From positions 186,001-250,000 of the IMG/VR virus record IMGVR_UViG_3300032245_001860: DNA of 64,000 nucleotides. The stretch is one strand, 5' to 3'. This document shows, one piece after another, positions 20,749 through 29,907 of this stretch. The position numbers were made by a program, and so were the translations under genes. How positions within the stretch are numbered: the stretch's first letter is position 1; each line of letters starts with the position of its first letter. Below the pieces are notes generated by a model. That model saw only the letters and a list, made by a program, of their open reading frames with translations. It was not told where the DNA came from and searched no databases.

Positions 20749-21738
20749 ATGTCAGATCCTTATTCAATTTTAGGAGTTGCTGCTAATGCAACCAATGATG
20801 AAGTAAAATCAGCATACAGAAAATTAGCTAAAAAGTATCATCCTGATGTAAACAAAGATCCTGATGCAGAGTCTAAGTTCAAGGAAGTCACTAAGGCATA
20901 TGAGGATATTTTAAATCCACCTCCAGCTCCTCCTCCGCAAGATCATTTTGGTGGTTTCAATCCTTGGGATTTTTTTAGACAGCAATCTCATCATATGTCT
21001 CTAAATACCCCAGTATCAATATCAGTCTCTCTAACAATGAAAGAAGCATTTATTGATGTGACAAAAACCATTAACTTTACAAGAAGTATTTTTTGTAAAA
21101 CTTGTGATGGCAAAGGTGGTATTGGACCAGTTAATGCTTGTGCTAAATGTATGGGTACGGGACAAAATAAAATCACAATGCAACAAGGGTTTTATTTTTT
21201 TGAACAAATCTTAGGTCCATGTCAAGTTTGTTCAGGAAGAGGATCAGTTTTTACAAATCCATGTGGCTCTTGTAGTAGTTCTGGATATAAAAATAAAGAC
21301 GAATCTTTTACAATGAAGATTCCAAAAGGGTCTTTATTTAAAACTACAATTATTAATGACTTAGGCAATCATATAGACAGAGCTCAAAAACCTGGAGCTT
21401 TGATTGTAGAAATTAATTTGCTACAAGAGCCTGGTATCAATGTTGATCGAGAATATAATATTTATATTGACAAACTTATAGATCCTATTGCAGCACTGAC
21501 AGGATTTGAAACAAAATTATTACACCCAGATGGTTCAAGTTTAAATTTAAAGTTAAAAAATAAAATATCTAATGGCCATATACATAAAGTTTCAAAAAGA
21601 GGATTACCAAAATCTGAAAATGATTTTGGGGATTTGAACATTAGATTTTTGTATAATATACCTGAAGATTTATCTGATGAAGAAATAAAGATATTGGAAT
21701 CTTATGTAGAATCCAGAAGGAAGAGAGAATTATTATGA
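20749..21738 (+). CDS. dnaJ: DnaJ (Hsp40) co-chaperone
   Basis: J-domain with HPD, four CxxCxGxG-type zinc-finger repeats, DnaJ C-terminal domain. Confidence 0.93.
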   Translation: MSDPYSILGVAANATNDEVKSAYRKLAKKYHPDVNKDPDAESKFKEVTKAYEDILNPPPAPPPQDHFGGFNPWDFFRQQSHHMSLNTPVSISVSLTMKEAFIDVTKTINFTRSIFCKTCDGKGGIGPVNACAKCMGTGQNKITMQQGFYFFEQILGPCQVCSGRGSVFTNPCGSCSSSGYKNKDESFTMKIPKGSLFKTTIINDLGNHIDRAQKPGALIVEINLLQEPGINVDREYNIYIDKLIDPIAALTGFETKLLHPDGSSLNLKLKNKISNGHIHKVSKRGLPKSENDFGDLNIRFLYNIPEDLSDEEIKILESYVESRRKRELL

Positions 21739-21944
21739 GCATGATTAAGAGAGCTAATGGCCAAGTTGAAAGTTTTACTGATGAGCAAGGCAAAGAAGTT
21801 AAGGCTGACAATCTTGTTTGGGCCGACGAAAAAGAAACCAAGCCGGAAATTAAAGACGCACTTGATATTCCAGTTGTAGAAGATTTGACTCTTGATGTGA
21901 ATGCGCCTGATGATGATGATACAGTAATAGCTAAGGATTGCTAA
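21735..21944 (+). CDS. Small acidic hypothetical protein
   Basis: ATGA overlap with dnaJ; co-directional. Confidence 0.6.
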   Translation: MSMIKRANGQVESFTDEQGKEVKADNLVWADEKETKPEIKDALDIPVVEDLTLDVNAPDDDDTVIAKDC

Positions 21945-21945
21945 A

Positions 21946-22386
21946 GTGCAAAATGTCTTGAATTTTTTATTACATTCTTTTGACGGCCTGATACTTTACA
22001 TTTTATTATTTGTTGTAGGTTCGTTTGTTTTATATCATTTAGCAAGACTAAAGAGCCAAAGAGCTTATTTATTTACTACAATTAAGATTATTTCATCAGT
22101 TCTTGGAAATAAATTTGGATCAAAAGCTTCAGCTTTACTTGAGATTTTTGTTGATGGATTAGGTAAAATTCAAGATGGTGATTTTTCTAATGATGATGTA
22201 GTAGATTGGTTTTTGAGATATGTAAGACTTTCTGCCCAGCAAAAAGGCATATCTTTGACTGATGAAGACATTAATAATCTTCACACCTTGATATCATCAA
22301 CTGTATTTACATTTATTGGAAAAAACCCAAAGCAAATTGAACACGCAGTGAATCAATTTAACGCTTTTCAAGCAATGTCAAAATAA
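21946..22386 (+). CDS. Membrane-anchored hypothetical protein
   Basis: GTG start; N-terminal hydrophobic helix LILYILLFVVGSFVLYHL. Confidence 0.6.
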   Translation: MQNVLNFLLHSFDGLILYILLFVVGSFVLYHLARLKSQRAYLFTTIKIISSVLGNKFGSKASALLEIFVDGLGKIQDGDFSNDDVVDWFLRYVRLSAQQKGISLTDEDINNLHTLISSTVFTFIGKNPKQIEHAVNQFNAFQAMSK

Positions 22387-22406
22387 TAGTTTGACTACAG
22401 ATCGTT

Positions 22407-22435
22407 ACAATGCCCATGTCATACATGGGCATTGT
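22407..22435. terminator. Perfect 13-bp inverted repeat (terminator or operator)
   Basis: ACAATGCCCATGT-CAT-ACATGGGCATTGT, between two genes. Confidence 0.55.
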
Positions 22436-22442
22436 TAATTTA

Positions 22443-22457
22443 TGATATAATAAATCT
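22443..22457 (+). promoter_or_regulatory. Extended -10 promoter, leaderless helicase mRNA
   Basis: TG-A-TATAAT (22443-22451), 6 nt, ATG 22458; no SD. Confidence 0.6.
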
Positions 22458-24224
22458 ATGTTTTTTGTTTACGTTTACAATGACAAGTCTGTGGTATATG
22501 ATGACCAACACCCACAAGGCAAACTTGAACATATGTATCAAGAAGCTTTAAGAGTTGAACTGGCATATGATGTTCCTGATGCTGAATGGAGTGCAAAGTT
22601 CAAGCAAGGGCAATGGGATGGAAAAATCTCAATCTACAACAAACGTGAGCAATCTTTTCCAACAGGTTTGACTAATAAAGTCAAGAAATTATTTGAATTA
22701 CTCAATATTGAATTTAAGTTTGTAGACAAAAGAGAAAAACCAGAATTAAATTTTCCAGTTGATGTTAATTTTGGCGGTAAAGAATTAAGAGATTACCAAT
22801 TAAGTTCTGGTGTATTATCTAAAAAGTTTCAGAGAGGGATGTTAGCTCTTTGTACCGGAGCTGGAAAAACTATGACCTCTTGCCAAATATTCAAAGAGTT
22901 ATCAGTTGCTCCTGTTGTTTTCATTGTTCCAGCAATTGAATTATTGAAACAAACACAAAAAGAGTTTGAAAAATATTTGAGATTGAATGGGCAACCTGTG
23001 AAAGTTGGTATTGCGGGTGGTGGACTTTGTGAAATTAATTTTGAAGGCATCAATGTAATTACTTACCAAACAGCTCTTAATTCTCATAATAAAAAATATG
23101 TTGAAAGTCAAAAAAAGTTAGTTGATGATAATGTTGAAGGTTCAAAAACTTCAGCTCAACTTCAAAGTGAGTATGAAGCCGCTCATTCTTCTTACAAAAA
23201 AGCTGTTGATAAAGCTAATATTGCACTTAAAGATTTGCGTCAAGAATTTATCAATGCTCAAGAAAATCAACGCAAAGATGCAGAAATTATTCGTAAAAAA
23301 TATGAACGCTCTTTGAATTCAATAACTAAATTAGAACTTGCTGCATATAAAAAAGCTAAATTGGCATGGGACAATAGACAGGATGTATTGTTTCAAAAAG
23401 CACAAGTAAGAGAAGTTCTTTCACTCTGTCAAGCATTTATTGTCGATGAAGCCCATGTTGCTTCTGTTGTAATTGAAGAATTAGGCAAGTATGCTAAAAA
23501 TGCATTTTATAAACTTGGTTTGTCTGGAACGCCTTGGAGAACCGATAATCAGGAAATCAGAATTGAAGGAGCATTAGGAAGAAAAATTATTCAAGTTTCA
23601 GCTTCTGACTTAATTGAAAGAGGGTTTCTTGTTCCACCTAAAATATTCATTTGTAAGATCAATGAACAACATCATGCAAACACTTATCCTGAAATTTACA
23701 CGTTAAACATAGTAAATAATTGGGAAAGAAATTTTAGAATCAAGCAATTTGCTGAACAGTTTAAGTCAAAAAGCAGACCTACTCTTATTTTAGTAGAAAG
23801 AAGAGAGCATGGTTCTATACTTGAAAGCATGATTGAAGATGCGGTTTTTGTTCCTGGTGGCGATAAAGGTGAAGAAGATCCAACAGATGAGGAAAAGAAT
23901 TATCGTAGAAGAATGCTAAATGCTGTTGAAAACAATGAAATTATTTTGATAGCAACACAATGGGCAAATGTAGGTGTAGATGCTCCAAGAATTAGCTGTT
24001 TGATTTTAGCTGGTTCTAATCAATCTTCCGTAACAACATATCAACAAGTTGGAAGAGTGCTGAGATGTGTAGGTAAAGATATCGAGGAGTCTATTAAAAA
24101 CGGAAAGCCTGATGCAATCATTTTGGATTTTTCATCAGACCAGAAAAACTTGAAAACTCATATCAATATGAGGAAAAAAGTATATAAGAATGAAAGAGCT
24201 TGGACATTATTTGAGCTGAAATAA
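22458..24224 (+). CDS. Superfamily 2 DEAH helicase (UvsW/XPB-like) with a coiled-coil insertion
   Basis: LRDYQ Q-motif, TGAGKT, DEAH, SGT, QQVGRVLR; N-terminal WDGKI as in UvsW-like phage helicases. Confidence 0.88.
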   Translation: MFFVYVYNDKSVVYDDQHPQGKLEHMYQEALRVELAYDVPDAEWSAKFKQGQWDGKISIYNKREQSFPTGLTNKVKKLFELLNIEFKFVDKREKPELNFPVDVNFGGKELRDYQLSSGVLSKKFQRGMLALCTGAGKTMTSCQIFKELSVAPVVFIVPAIELLKQTQKEFEKYLRLNGQPVKVGIAGGGLCEINFEGINVITYQTALNSHNKKYVESQKKLVDDNVEGSKTSAQLQSEYEAAHSSYKKAVDKANIALKDLRQEFINAQENQRKDAEIIRKKYERSLNSITKLELAAYKKAKLAWDNRQDVLFQKAQVREVLSLCQAFIVDEAHVASVVIEELGKYAKNAFYKLGLSGTPWRTDNQEIRIEGALGRKIIQVSASDLIERGFLVPPKIFICKINEQHHANTYPEIYTLNIVNNWERNFRIKQFAEQFKSKSRPTLILVERREHGSILESMIEDAVFVPGGDKGEEDPTDEEKNYRRRMLNAVENNEIILIATQWANVGVDAPRISCLILAGSNQSSVTTYQQVGRVLRCVGKDIEESIKNGKPDAIILDFSSDQKNLKTHINMRKKVYKNERAWTLFELK

Positions 24225-24246
24225 ACTGCTTCATTGCAGTTTTTTT
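24223..24246 (+). terminator. Rho-independent terminator after the helicase gene
   Basis: AAACTGC-TTCATT-GCAGTTT followed by a T run. Confidence 0.6.
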
Positions 24247-24250
24247 CATT

Positions 24251-24322
24251 TTAATAATCAGCTTTAAATAATGTAACAAAAATAGTGTCGAATAACTTTT
24301 CAATATCTTTTAATATGTTCAT
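24251..24322 (-). CDS. 23-aa amphipathic peptide MNILKDIEKLFDTIFVTLFKADY (not in the ORF track)
   Basis: SD AAGGAG (24336-24331) 8 nt before ATG; own TATAAT at 24389-24384; fills the intergenic gap. Confidence 0.6.
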   Translation of the reverse strand: MNILKDIEKLFDTIFVTLFKADY

Positions 24323-24346
24323 TTTATTATCTCCTTGACAAAATTA

Positions 24347-24376
24347 AAACCGCTGATATATTACCATCAGCGGTTT
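24347..24376 (-). promoter_or_regulatory. 5' leader hairpin of the small-peptide transcript
   Basis: AAACCGCTGAT-N8-ATCAGCGGTTT, beginning about 7 nt downstream of a minus-strand TATAAT. Confidence 0.55.
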
Positions 24377-24482
24377 CACTAATATTATACATCAATAACT
24401 TTTCAAAACCCTTTTATAGAATGTTTTTGTAGATGTTTGTTGAATAATATAGTACAGCATAATTGTGCTGTGGAGGTGAGTT

Positions 24483-24842
24483 ATGTTCCACCAAACTATC
24501 GTTGGTAAGCCAAAACATTGTTTGAATAGAAATTGCAAAACTCCTTTCTTTAAGGAATCTCATTTAGGTTGGATGCCAAAGTCAGAGGTAGAAGTCTATG
24601 CAATTATGAGATGCCCAAAATGCAAGGATACATTTGCTGTTGTTCAATTAATATCTATGGCTCATGATTATAAAACTGCTCTACCAAAAGATCCAAGTCA
24701 AGTTTCTCCTTCTGGTCCAATAACAAAAAAAGAACTAACAAATTTTAAGAAAAAACTTGACAATAAAGACTCGTTAAAAAGTTTATTAGAGGGGTACAAG
24801 CCTGGAGGTTCTGTAATCTCTGAAGATGACACTGATATCTAA
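24483..24842 (+). CDS. Zinc-finger hypothetical protein
   Basis: CLNRNC ... CPKC; strong SD GGAGGTGA. Confidence 0.7.
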   Translation: MFHQTIVGKPKHCLNRNCKTPFFKESHLGWMPKSEVEVYAIMRCPKCKDTFAVVQLISMAHDYKTALPKDPSQVSPSGPITKKELTNFKKKLDNKDSLKSLLEGYKPGGSVISEDDTDI

Positions 24843-24847
24843 TCCTG

Positions 24848-24859
24848 TACAATACTTAT
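24848..24859 (+). promoter_or_regulatory. Putative -10 box, leaderless dnaK mRNA
   Basis: TACAAT 24848-24853, 6 nt, ATG 24860; no SD. Confidence 0.55.
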
Positions 24860-26572
24860 ATGAGTATTGCAGTTGGAATAGATTTAGGCAGCACATTTAG
24901 TGTAGTTTCTTATGTAAAAGCAGATGGAAGTATTGAGGTAATTCCTAATTCAGAAGGAAACCGCATTACACCATCTGTTTTTGCAATTGATAATGAATCT
25001 CAAATATTAGTTGGAGATTTAGCTGCGGACTATGAATTAACTAATCCTGATAGAGTTGTTAGATTAGTTAAGAGAAAAATGTCAGATGGATTTAATAAAA
25101 TTTATGATTTTAATAACTATGATAAATCAATAAAACTTTCCGCTTGTGAAATATCTTCTGAAATATTGAAAAAATTAAAAAAAGATACAGAAGATTACTT
25201 AGGAGAAGAAATTACTCAAGCTGTAATCACTGTTCCTGCTTATTTTAATAATAGTGAAAGAGAAGCAACAAAAGCAGCTGGAGAATTGGCAGGATTGAAA
25301 GTCCTCAGAATAATCAATGAGCCTACTGCAGCTTCATTAGCCTATGGTCTTGATAAAAATAATGACTCAACAATCTTGGTTTACGATCTTGGTGGTGGCA
25401 CTTTTGATGTTACTATACTTAGGCTATCTGATGGCTGTGATTTTCATGTTCTCTCAACAGCAGGAGACACAAAACTTGGAGGAGCAGATTTCGATTCCGC
25501 TTTAGGAAAAATTATTGAAAACAAGTTAGGTTTTGAAATTGAATCTTCTGAATTAAGATCTATTTCTGAAAAAACCAAAAAAATGTTATCTCAACTACAA
25601 ATAGCTACTGTTCGCTATGCAGGAAAGCAAGTTTCAGTTCAAAGAGAAGAATTTGAAAAAGCAATTGATTTTTTAATTATGGAAACTAAAGATTGTATAG
25701 ACCAAGCTTTATCTGATGCAAAATTGAGTGCAAATGACATCAATGAAGTAGTTTTTGTAGGTGGATCAACAAGAATCCCATATGTAGCTCAAAAAGTGCA
25801 AGAATGGCTAAATAAAAGGCCAAATAAGTCAATCAATCCAGATGAAGCTGTTTCCGTTGGTGCAGCAATTCAAGCTTCGGTTCTTTCAGGCAATTCAAAC
25901 AAAGAAGTATATTTATTAGATGTCACTCCTTTATCTTTAGGCATTGAAACTCAAGGTGGTTTTATGACTACAATGATTAAAAGAAATACTCAGGTACCGT
26001 CCGAGTTTAAGGAAGTTTTTACTACAGCTATAGATAACCAAACTGAAGTAGATGTAAAAGTTTTTCAAGGCGAAAGACCAAGAGTAGTCAATAACCATTA
26101 TTTGGGTGAATTTAAACTTGAAAATATCAAACCTGCTCCTCGTGGAATACCCAAAATTGATGTTATTTTTGATGTAGATGCAAATGGAATTGTAACTGTA
26201 AGAGCAATTGATGAAAATACAAATGAAGAAAAATCAATGGTTCTTAGTGGAGCAAAAAGTTTATCTAATGACGACATAACGAAAATGCTAATGGATGCTG
26301 AAGACAATAAAGCTAAGGATGAAAGGGATAGAACTATCAAGAAATTATCAGATTATCTTATTGATTGTAAAATTCAAATAACTCATCTTTTAAGTTCAAA
26401 TGTATTAGATAAAAACGATATCAATGAATTGCTTGATTTAAAAAAATCTATTGAAAATGATGTACATTCAGAGAATATAGAATTTTTATCTTCATTGTCA
26501 GAATCAGCTAAAGAATTATTAGAATTATTATCTGACAAAGTACATGAAGAAGCTGCTAAAATGCTGTCATGA
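24860..26572 (+). CDS. dnaK: DnaK (Hsp70) chaperone
   Basis: [55 protein letters not shown]. Confidence 0.95.
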   Translation: MSIAVGIDLGSTFSVVSYVKADGSIEVIPNSEGNRITPSVFAIDNESQILVGDLAADYELTNPDRVVRLVKRKMSDGFNKIYDFNNYDKSIKLSACEISSEILKKLKKDTEDYLGEEITQAVITVPAYFNNSEREATKAAGELAGLKVLRIINEPTAASLAYGLDKNNDSTILVYDLGGGTFDVTILRLSDGCDFHVLSTAGDTKLGGADFDSALGKIIENKLGFEIESSELRSISEKTKKMLSQLQIATVRYAGKQVSVQREEFEKAIDFLIMETKDCIDQALSDAKLSANDINEVVFVGGSTRIPYVAQKVQEWLNKRPNKSINPDEAVSVGAAIQASVLSGNSNKEVYLLDVTPLSLGIETQGGFMTTMIKRNTQVPSEFKEVFTTAIDNQTEVDVKVFQGERPRVVNNHYLGEFKLENIKPAPRGIPKIDVIFDVDANGIVTVRAIDENTNEEKSMVLSGAKSLSNDDITKMLMDAEDNKAKDERDRTIKKLSDYLIDCKIQITHLLSSNVLDKNDINELLDLKKSIENDVHSENIEFLSSLSESAKELLELLSDKVHEEAAKMLS

Positions 26573-26970
26573 ACAAACTTGATAAAATAGGAGCGGTAGC
26601 TTCCATGATTTGTGCTTTCCATTGTACAATCATGCCTTTTATAATTGTTGTATTTCCAGTTCTTAGTTTATCTCTGTTTGTATCAGAAACATTTGAATGG
26701 GCTTTTCTTTCAGCCTCTTTATTATTGGGAATCACAAGTTTATGTTTTGGATATAAAAAACATAAATCATTTAAAGCTTTTCCATTACTTGCATCTGGCC
26801 TTGCATTGATTGTTATTGGAAGAATTATGCACCAACACACAATTCATCAGAAAGAAATGCATATTGATTTATATAATATTATTTTGTTTAGTGGTGGGAT
26901 TCTTGTAGCGTTATCTCATAAAATAAATAGTCTTCTGTGTAATACTTGCACGAAATGTAACATAAAATGA
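26569..26970 (+). CDS. MerC-family membrane protein (metal uptake)
   Basis: LDKIGAVASMICAFHC...P signature; about 4 TM helices; His-rich loop; C-terminal CxxCxxC. Confidence 0.78.
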   Translation: MNKLDKIGAVASMICAFHCTIMPFIIVVFPVLSLSLFVSETFEWAFLSASLLLGITSLCFGYKKHKSFKAFPLLASGLALIVIGRIMHQHTIHQKEMHIDLYNIILFSGGILVALSHKINSLLCNTCTKCNIK

Positions 26971-27482
26971 TAAATAAGAAAAATTTTGATCTTTCTGGAA
27001 TTGATGATTCTATAGATTTGGAACTTCTACCAGTTGAAATTGATCATATTGTAGTTAATCCTGATAAAAGAGTGTATGTAGTCTTAACTGATGGGGAAAG
27101 ACAAAATGGAGTGGAATTAAATCCATTTGAAGCAAGTCATTTATCTTTTGTTCATAAAGGTCTGCATAAAAATTCTCACATTCAGACATTGCATCAGTTA
27201 TATATAAAAACTTTAGATCAAATAAACTCTAAGATTGAGAGTGTTGTAATTGAGTCTAAAGTGGGTGATGTTATTTATTGTTCACTAAAGATTGTAGATA
27301 AAAATCATAATAGATTTTTTACCATTGTGTCTTTAGCTGATGGATTAATTTTATCTAAAATATCAGAAAGTCCCATTCATGTTGTTTCCAATGTTTGGGC
27401 AGACATGGATCCAATTGATGAATGGGACTATGAAGATTATATTTTAGACTTTGATACTGATGAAGAGGAAGAAGACGATTAA
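26967..27482 (+). CDS. DUF151 / bifunctional-nuclease-like protein
   Basis: Pattern VVL.D..R......PFEA...; TLHQL (cf. LTHDL); VVI.....V.Y..L; ADGLILS....PI.V; acidic tail. Confidence 0.62.
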   Translation: MINKKNFDLSGIDDSIDLELLPVEIDHIVVNPDKRVYVVLTDGERQNGVELNPFEASHLSFVHKGLHKNSHIQTLHQLYIKTLDQINSKIESVVIESKVGDVIYCSLKIVDKNHNRFFTIVSLADGLILSKISESPIHVVSNVWADMDPIDEWDYEDYILDFDTDEEEEDD

Positions 27483-27486
27483 TAAA

Positions 27487-28581
27487 TTACTTAATCCAAG
27501 TAATGAAGTTAAAGTCTACAGTCATCAATCCAGGTGTCAAAGAAAAGTTTGAAGTATGAACAATAGCTCTGGTTGTATCGATATCCGAAGAAAGCAATGA
27601 TGTCCAACCAAAGCCAGCTGATGGATTCAATCCTCCATTGATTTGAGCAGCATGCCAAAGTGGATCATATATTTCCACTCTGAAGTCAGCGTTTTCATAT
27701 CTTACAACGCCAGGATCTTGCAATGTCATATCTGTAGTGCCAGATTGCAAGCTTAAGTTCAATGATTCATTGGCATCCAAGAATGTACTTGTTCCAGTTC
27801 CACCAGCATCTGTAAGGTTTTCAAGTAAAACAGCTGCTTTACCATTACCGGAAACTTTTAAACCAGAAATTCCTATAAATGGAAATTGAGTACCTGGCTG
27901 AAATGTAATACCAGTACCAGATCTTGGAGATCCGTCTGCATTTCTAATAGTTAAGTTTGTACTACCTACACCAGTTGCTACATCATATCCAGTAGCTCCA
28001 CCAAGAGTTCCCCAACCTCTATAGTCGTTCCAGTCTCCAGGTATAAAGAAATATGTTTTATCTGTAGTTGCAGAAACATTGATAGTTGCTGACATAACAA
28101 AATATTTTCTTGAACCAATTTGCACTCTAATATCGTAGAATTTTGCCAGTCTTGTAGGAGTACCAAGTGGATTCAAAGCTTCAATAGAACTGCTACTTAG
28201 TTCAAATGCAGTTGTGTTGTTTGGATCACCATCTGATTCTAAAGTCAAACTAACACTTGAAGAATCTTTTCCAATGGAAAAATTAGCTGCAGTCAATATA
28301 GGTAAAACTGCCGATTGAGGACTAAGAATTTCTCTTATTTTTTGATTTGCAATGTATCTTCCATCTACTGTTGAGCCAGCTCCAACAAAAATAGGAGCTT
28401 CTATTGAAATTGTCTCATCAACAGTGCCAATATCCATAACTCTGGCTTTGGGTGTACCTTGAACATAATTGATGGAGCTTGCTTGCATATTCCTATTTCT
28501 GGAAAAGCTTGATGCAACAACTTCTCTGCCACCTAATTTTACTGACTTATATACACCAAAAAGGTTATTGTTTATAGGCAT
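27487..28581 (-). CDS. Putative tail-tube-like structural protein
   Basis: Beta-rich G/S/T protein whose N-terminus aligns by eye with the adjacent 318-aa protein (G..[KR]SVK..G ... N[YF][VI]QG.P). Confidence 0.45.
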   Translation of the reverse strand: MPINNNLFGVYKSVKLGGREVVASSFSRNRNMQASSINYVQGTPKARVMDIGTVDETISIEAPIFVGAGSTVDGRYIANQKIREILSPQSAVLPILTAANFSIGKDSSSVSLTLESDGDPNNTTAFELSSSSIEALNPLGTPTRLAKFYDIRVQIGSRKYFVMSATINVSATTDKTYFFIPGDWNDYRGWGTLGGATGYDVATGVGSTNLTIRNADGSPRSGTGITFQPGTQFPFIGISGLKVSGNGKAAVLLENLTDAGGTGTSTFLDANESLNLSLQSGTTDMTLQDPGVVRYENADFRVEIYDPLWHAAQINGGLNPSAGFGWTSLLSSDIDTTRAIVHTSNFSLTPGLMTVDFNFITWIK

Positions 28582-28618
28582 TCAATTTTCCTCAAACTTA
28601 ATTTAATCTTAGTTATAT

Positions 28619-28647
28619 ATTTTTCGAATTTACAAGATTAAACCTTT
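28619..28647 (-). promoter_or_regulatory. Putative phage late promoter
   Basis: AAAGG-N17-GAAAAAT on the minus strand; similar motif at six other sites. Confidence 0.45.
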
Positions 28648-28648
28648 T

Positions 28649-29605
28649 TTATGCTATGACAAATAGACCATTCGGAGAAGAAGGTCTATCAGGTCTCATT
28701 AATGTTGACCATTCAGTAGTTCTTGTTAACACACTCGAAGTAAGAGGCAATTGAGATATTTTAAACAATGGAGTTATATACGATGCTGTTATAGGTCCAA
28801 TTTTGAAAGTAAGATTTTCGCCTTGCATCCAGCCACCATGAATAAATGTATTTAGCTCTACGCCACTTCTAAGCAATTCTGTCATAGATCCAGTCCATTT
28901 TATTCCTGTTATGCCAAGAAGTTGAATTTGATCACTCCTCGTTGAGACAAGTCCTGACCCTTCTTCTTGATATGGAATTAAAAATACTGGTGTTTCAATT
29001 TGATTTGTAATTGTTAATGTAAAAGAAGTTATTGTCCTCATCGAAGACTCTTCTCTTGAAGCGTTGCAATCACCCCAAGTCAAAGCTCTTCCTAAAACAT
29101 CAAAATTAGCTGGTACCGCATATTCTGAATTTTGCGATGAATCAATCATTCCTTCGAAGTTTACAGTCATATTTGCAAAATCATTTTGTGAACAAGTGAT
29201 ATTCAATGAACTTACAACCATAGAATCAATTTTGAGCAATTGATTGTTGTCAGTTCCTCCATTTTCTGCTGTTATATCATTGTAAACAAGCAAATGGTTT
29301 GTGTCCATAATTAATGCTCTAACTGGATTTTGAGCATGATTTAAGATTTCTTTTATTGCAGGTTCTAATTGAAACTGATCATTTACTCTTATAGGACAAC
29401 TTAATGACCCAGTTATTTTTTTTGATTGAAGATTTGAAATTGAAGATCCTGGTCCACCTTGAATAAAATTATTATCAGTGTCTATATCTTGAGTTTGATT
29501 TATGCTACACTGATCCACAAGAAGATAAAATCCATTTATCTTGACACTTCTTGTTATAAGACCTGTTGCAAATTCAGCTCTTGATAAAATTCCAGGATAA
29601 GCCAT
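28649..29605 (-). CDS. Putative tail-tube-like structural protein
   Basis: Paralog of 27487..28581; 'ITSFTLTITNQIET' and 'KITGSLSCP' strands resemble tube proteins. Confidence 0.45.
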   Translation of the reverse strand: MAYPGILSRAEFATGLITRSVKINGFYLLVDQCSINQTQDIDTDNNFIQGGPGSSISNLQSKKITGSLSCPIRVNDQFQLEPAIKEILNHAQNPVRALIMDTNHLLVYNDITAENGGTDNNQLLKIDSMVVSSLNITCSQNDFANMTVNFEGMIDSSQNSEYAVPANFDVLGRALTWGDCNASREESSMRTITSFTLTITNQIETPVFLIPYQEEGSGLVSTRSDQIQLLGITGIKWTGSMTELLRSGVELNTFIHGGWMQGENLTFKIGPITASYITPLFKISQLPLTSSVLTRTTEWSTLMRPDRPSSPNGLFVIA

Positions 29606-29907
29606 TACATATACCTTGCATCTTCAACTTGAAAAAAACCTTTCCAAGATGCAGTTACATTTCCATATGTAAACCAAGAATATTTCCATTTTCCTACTAT
29701 ATCAACATCAAGATCAATATAAAATATTCCTGTACCTTCTGTTTGAACTGGAGGTGTACTTGTGATGCCATAACTGCTATACTCTGTTTCTCCAGGTTTT
29801 TCAAGATCAAATTGAATAGATTGAGGATTTGTCAATGTGCCATCAATATCTCTTACTCTTGCTTTAATTCTAATTGTTTGATTTGTGTAAATAACGTCAG
29901 CTTTCAT
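29605..29907 (-). CDS. Small Ig-like structural protein
   Basis: 'GTGIFYIDLD...GKWKYSW' Ig-type C-terminus; coupled to neighbours by TAATG overlaps. Confidence 0.55.
   Translation of the reverse strand: MKADVIYTNQTIRIKARVRDIDGTLTNPQSIQFDLEKPGETEYSSYGITSTPPVQTEGTGIFYIDLDVDIVGKWKYSWFTYGNVTASWKGFFQVEDARYM

Noticed and set aside
26569-26970. Mercury-resistance operon or transposon
   Set aside because: No merR, merA, merT, merP, transposase or terminal inverted repeats nearby.
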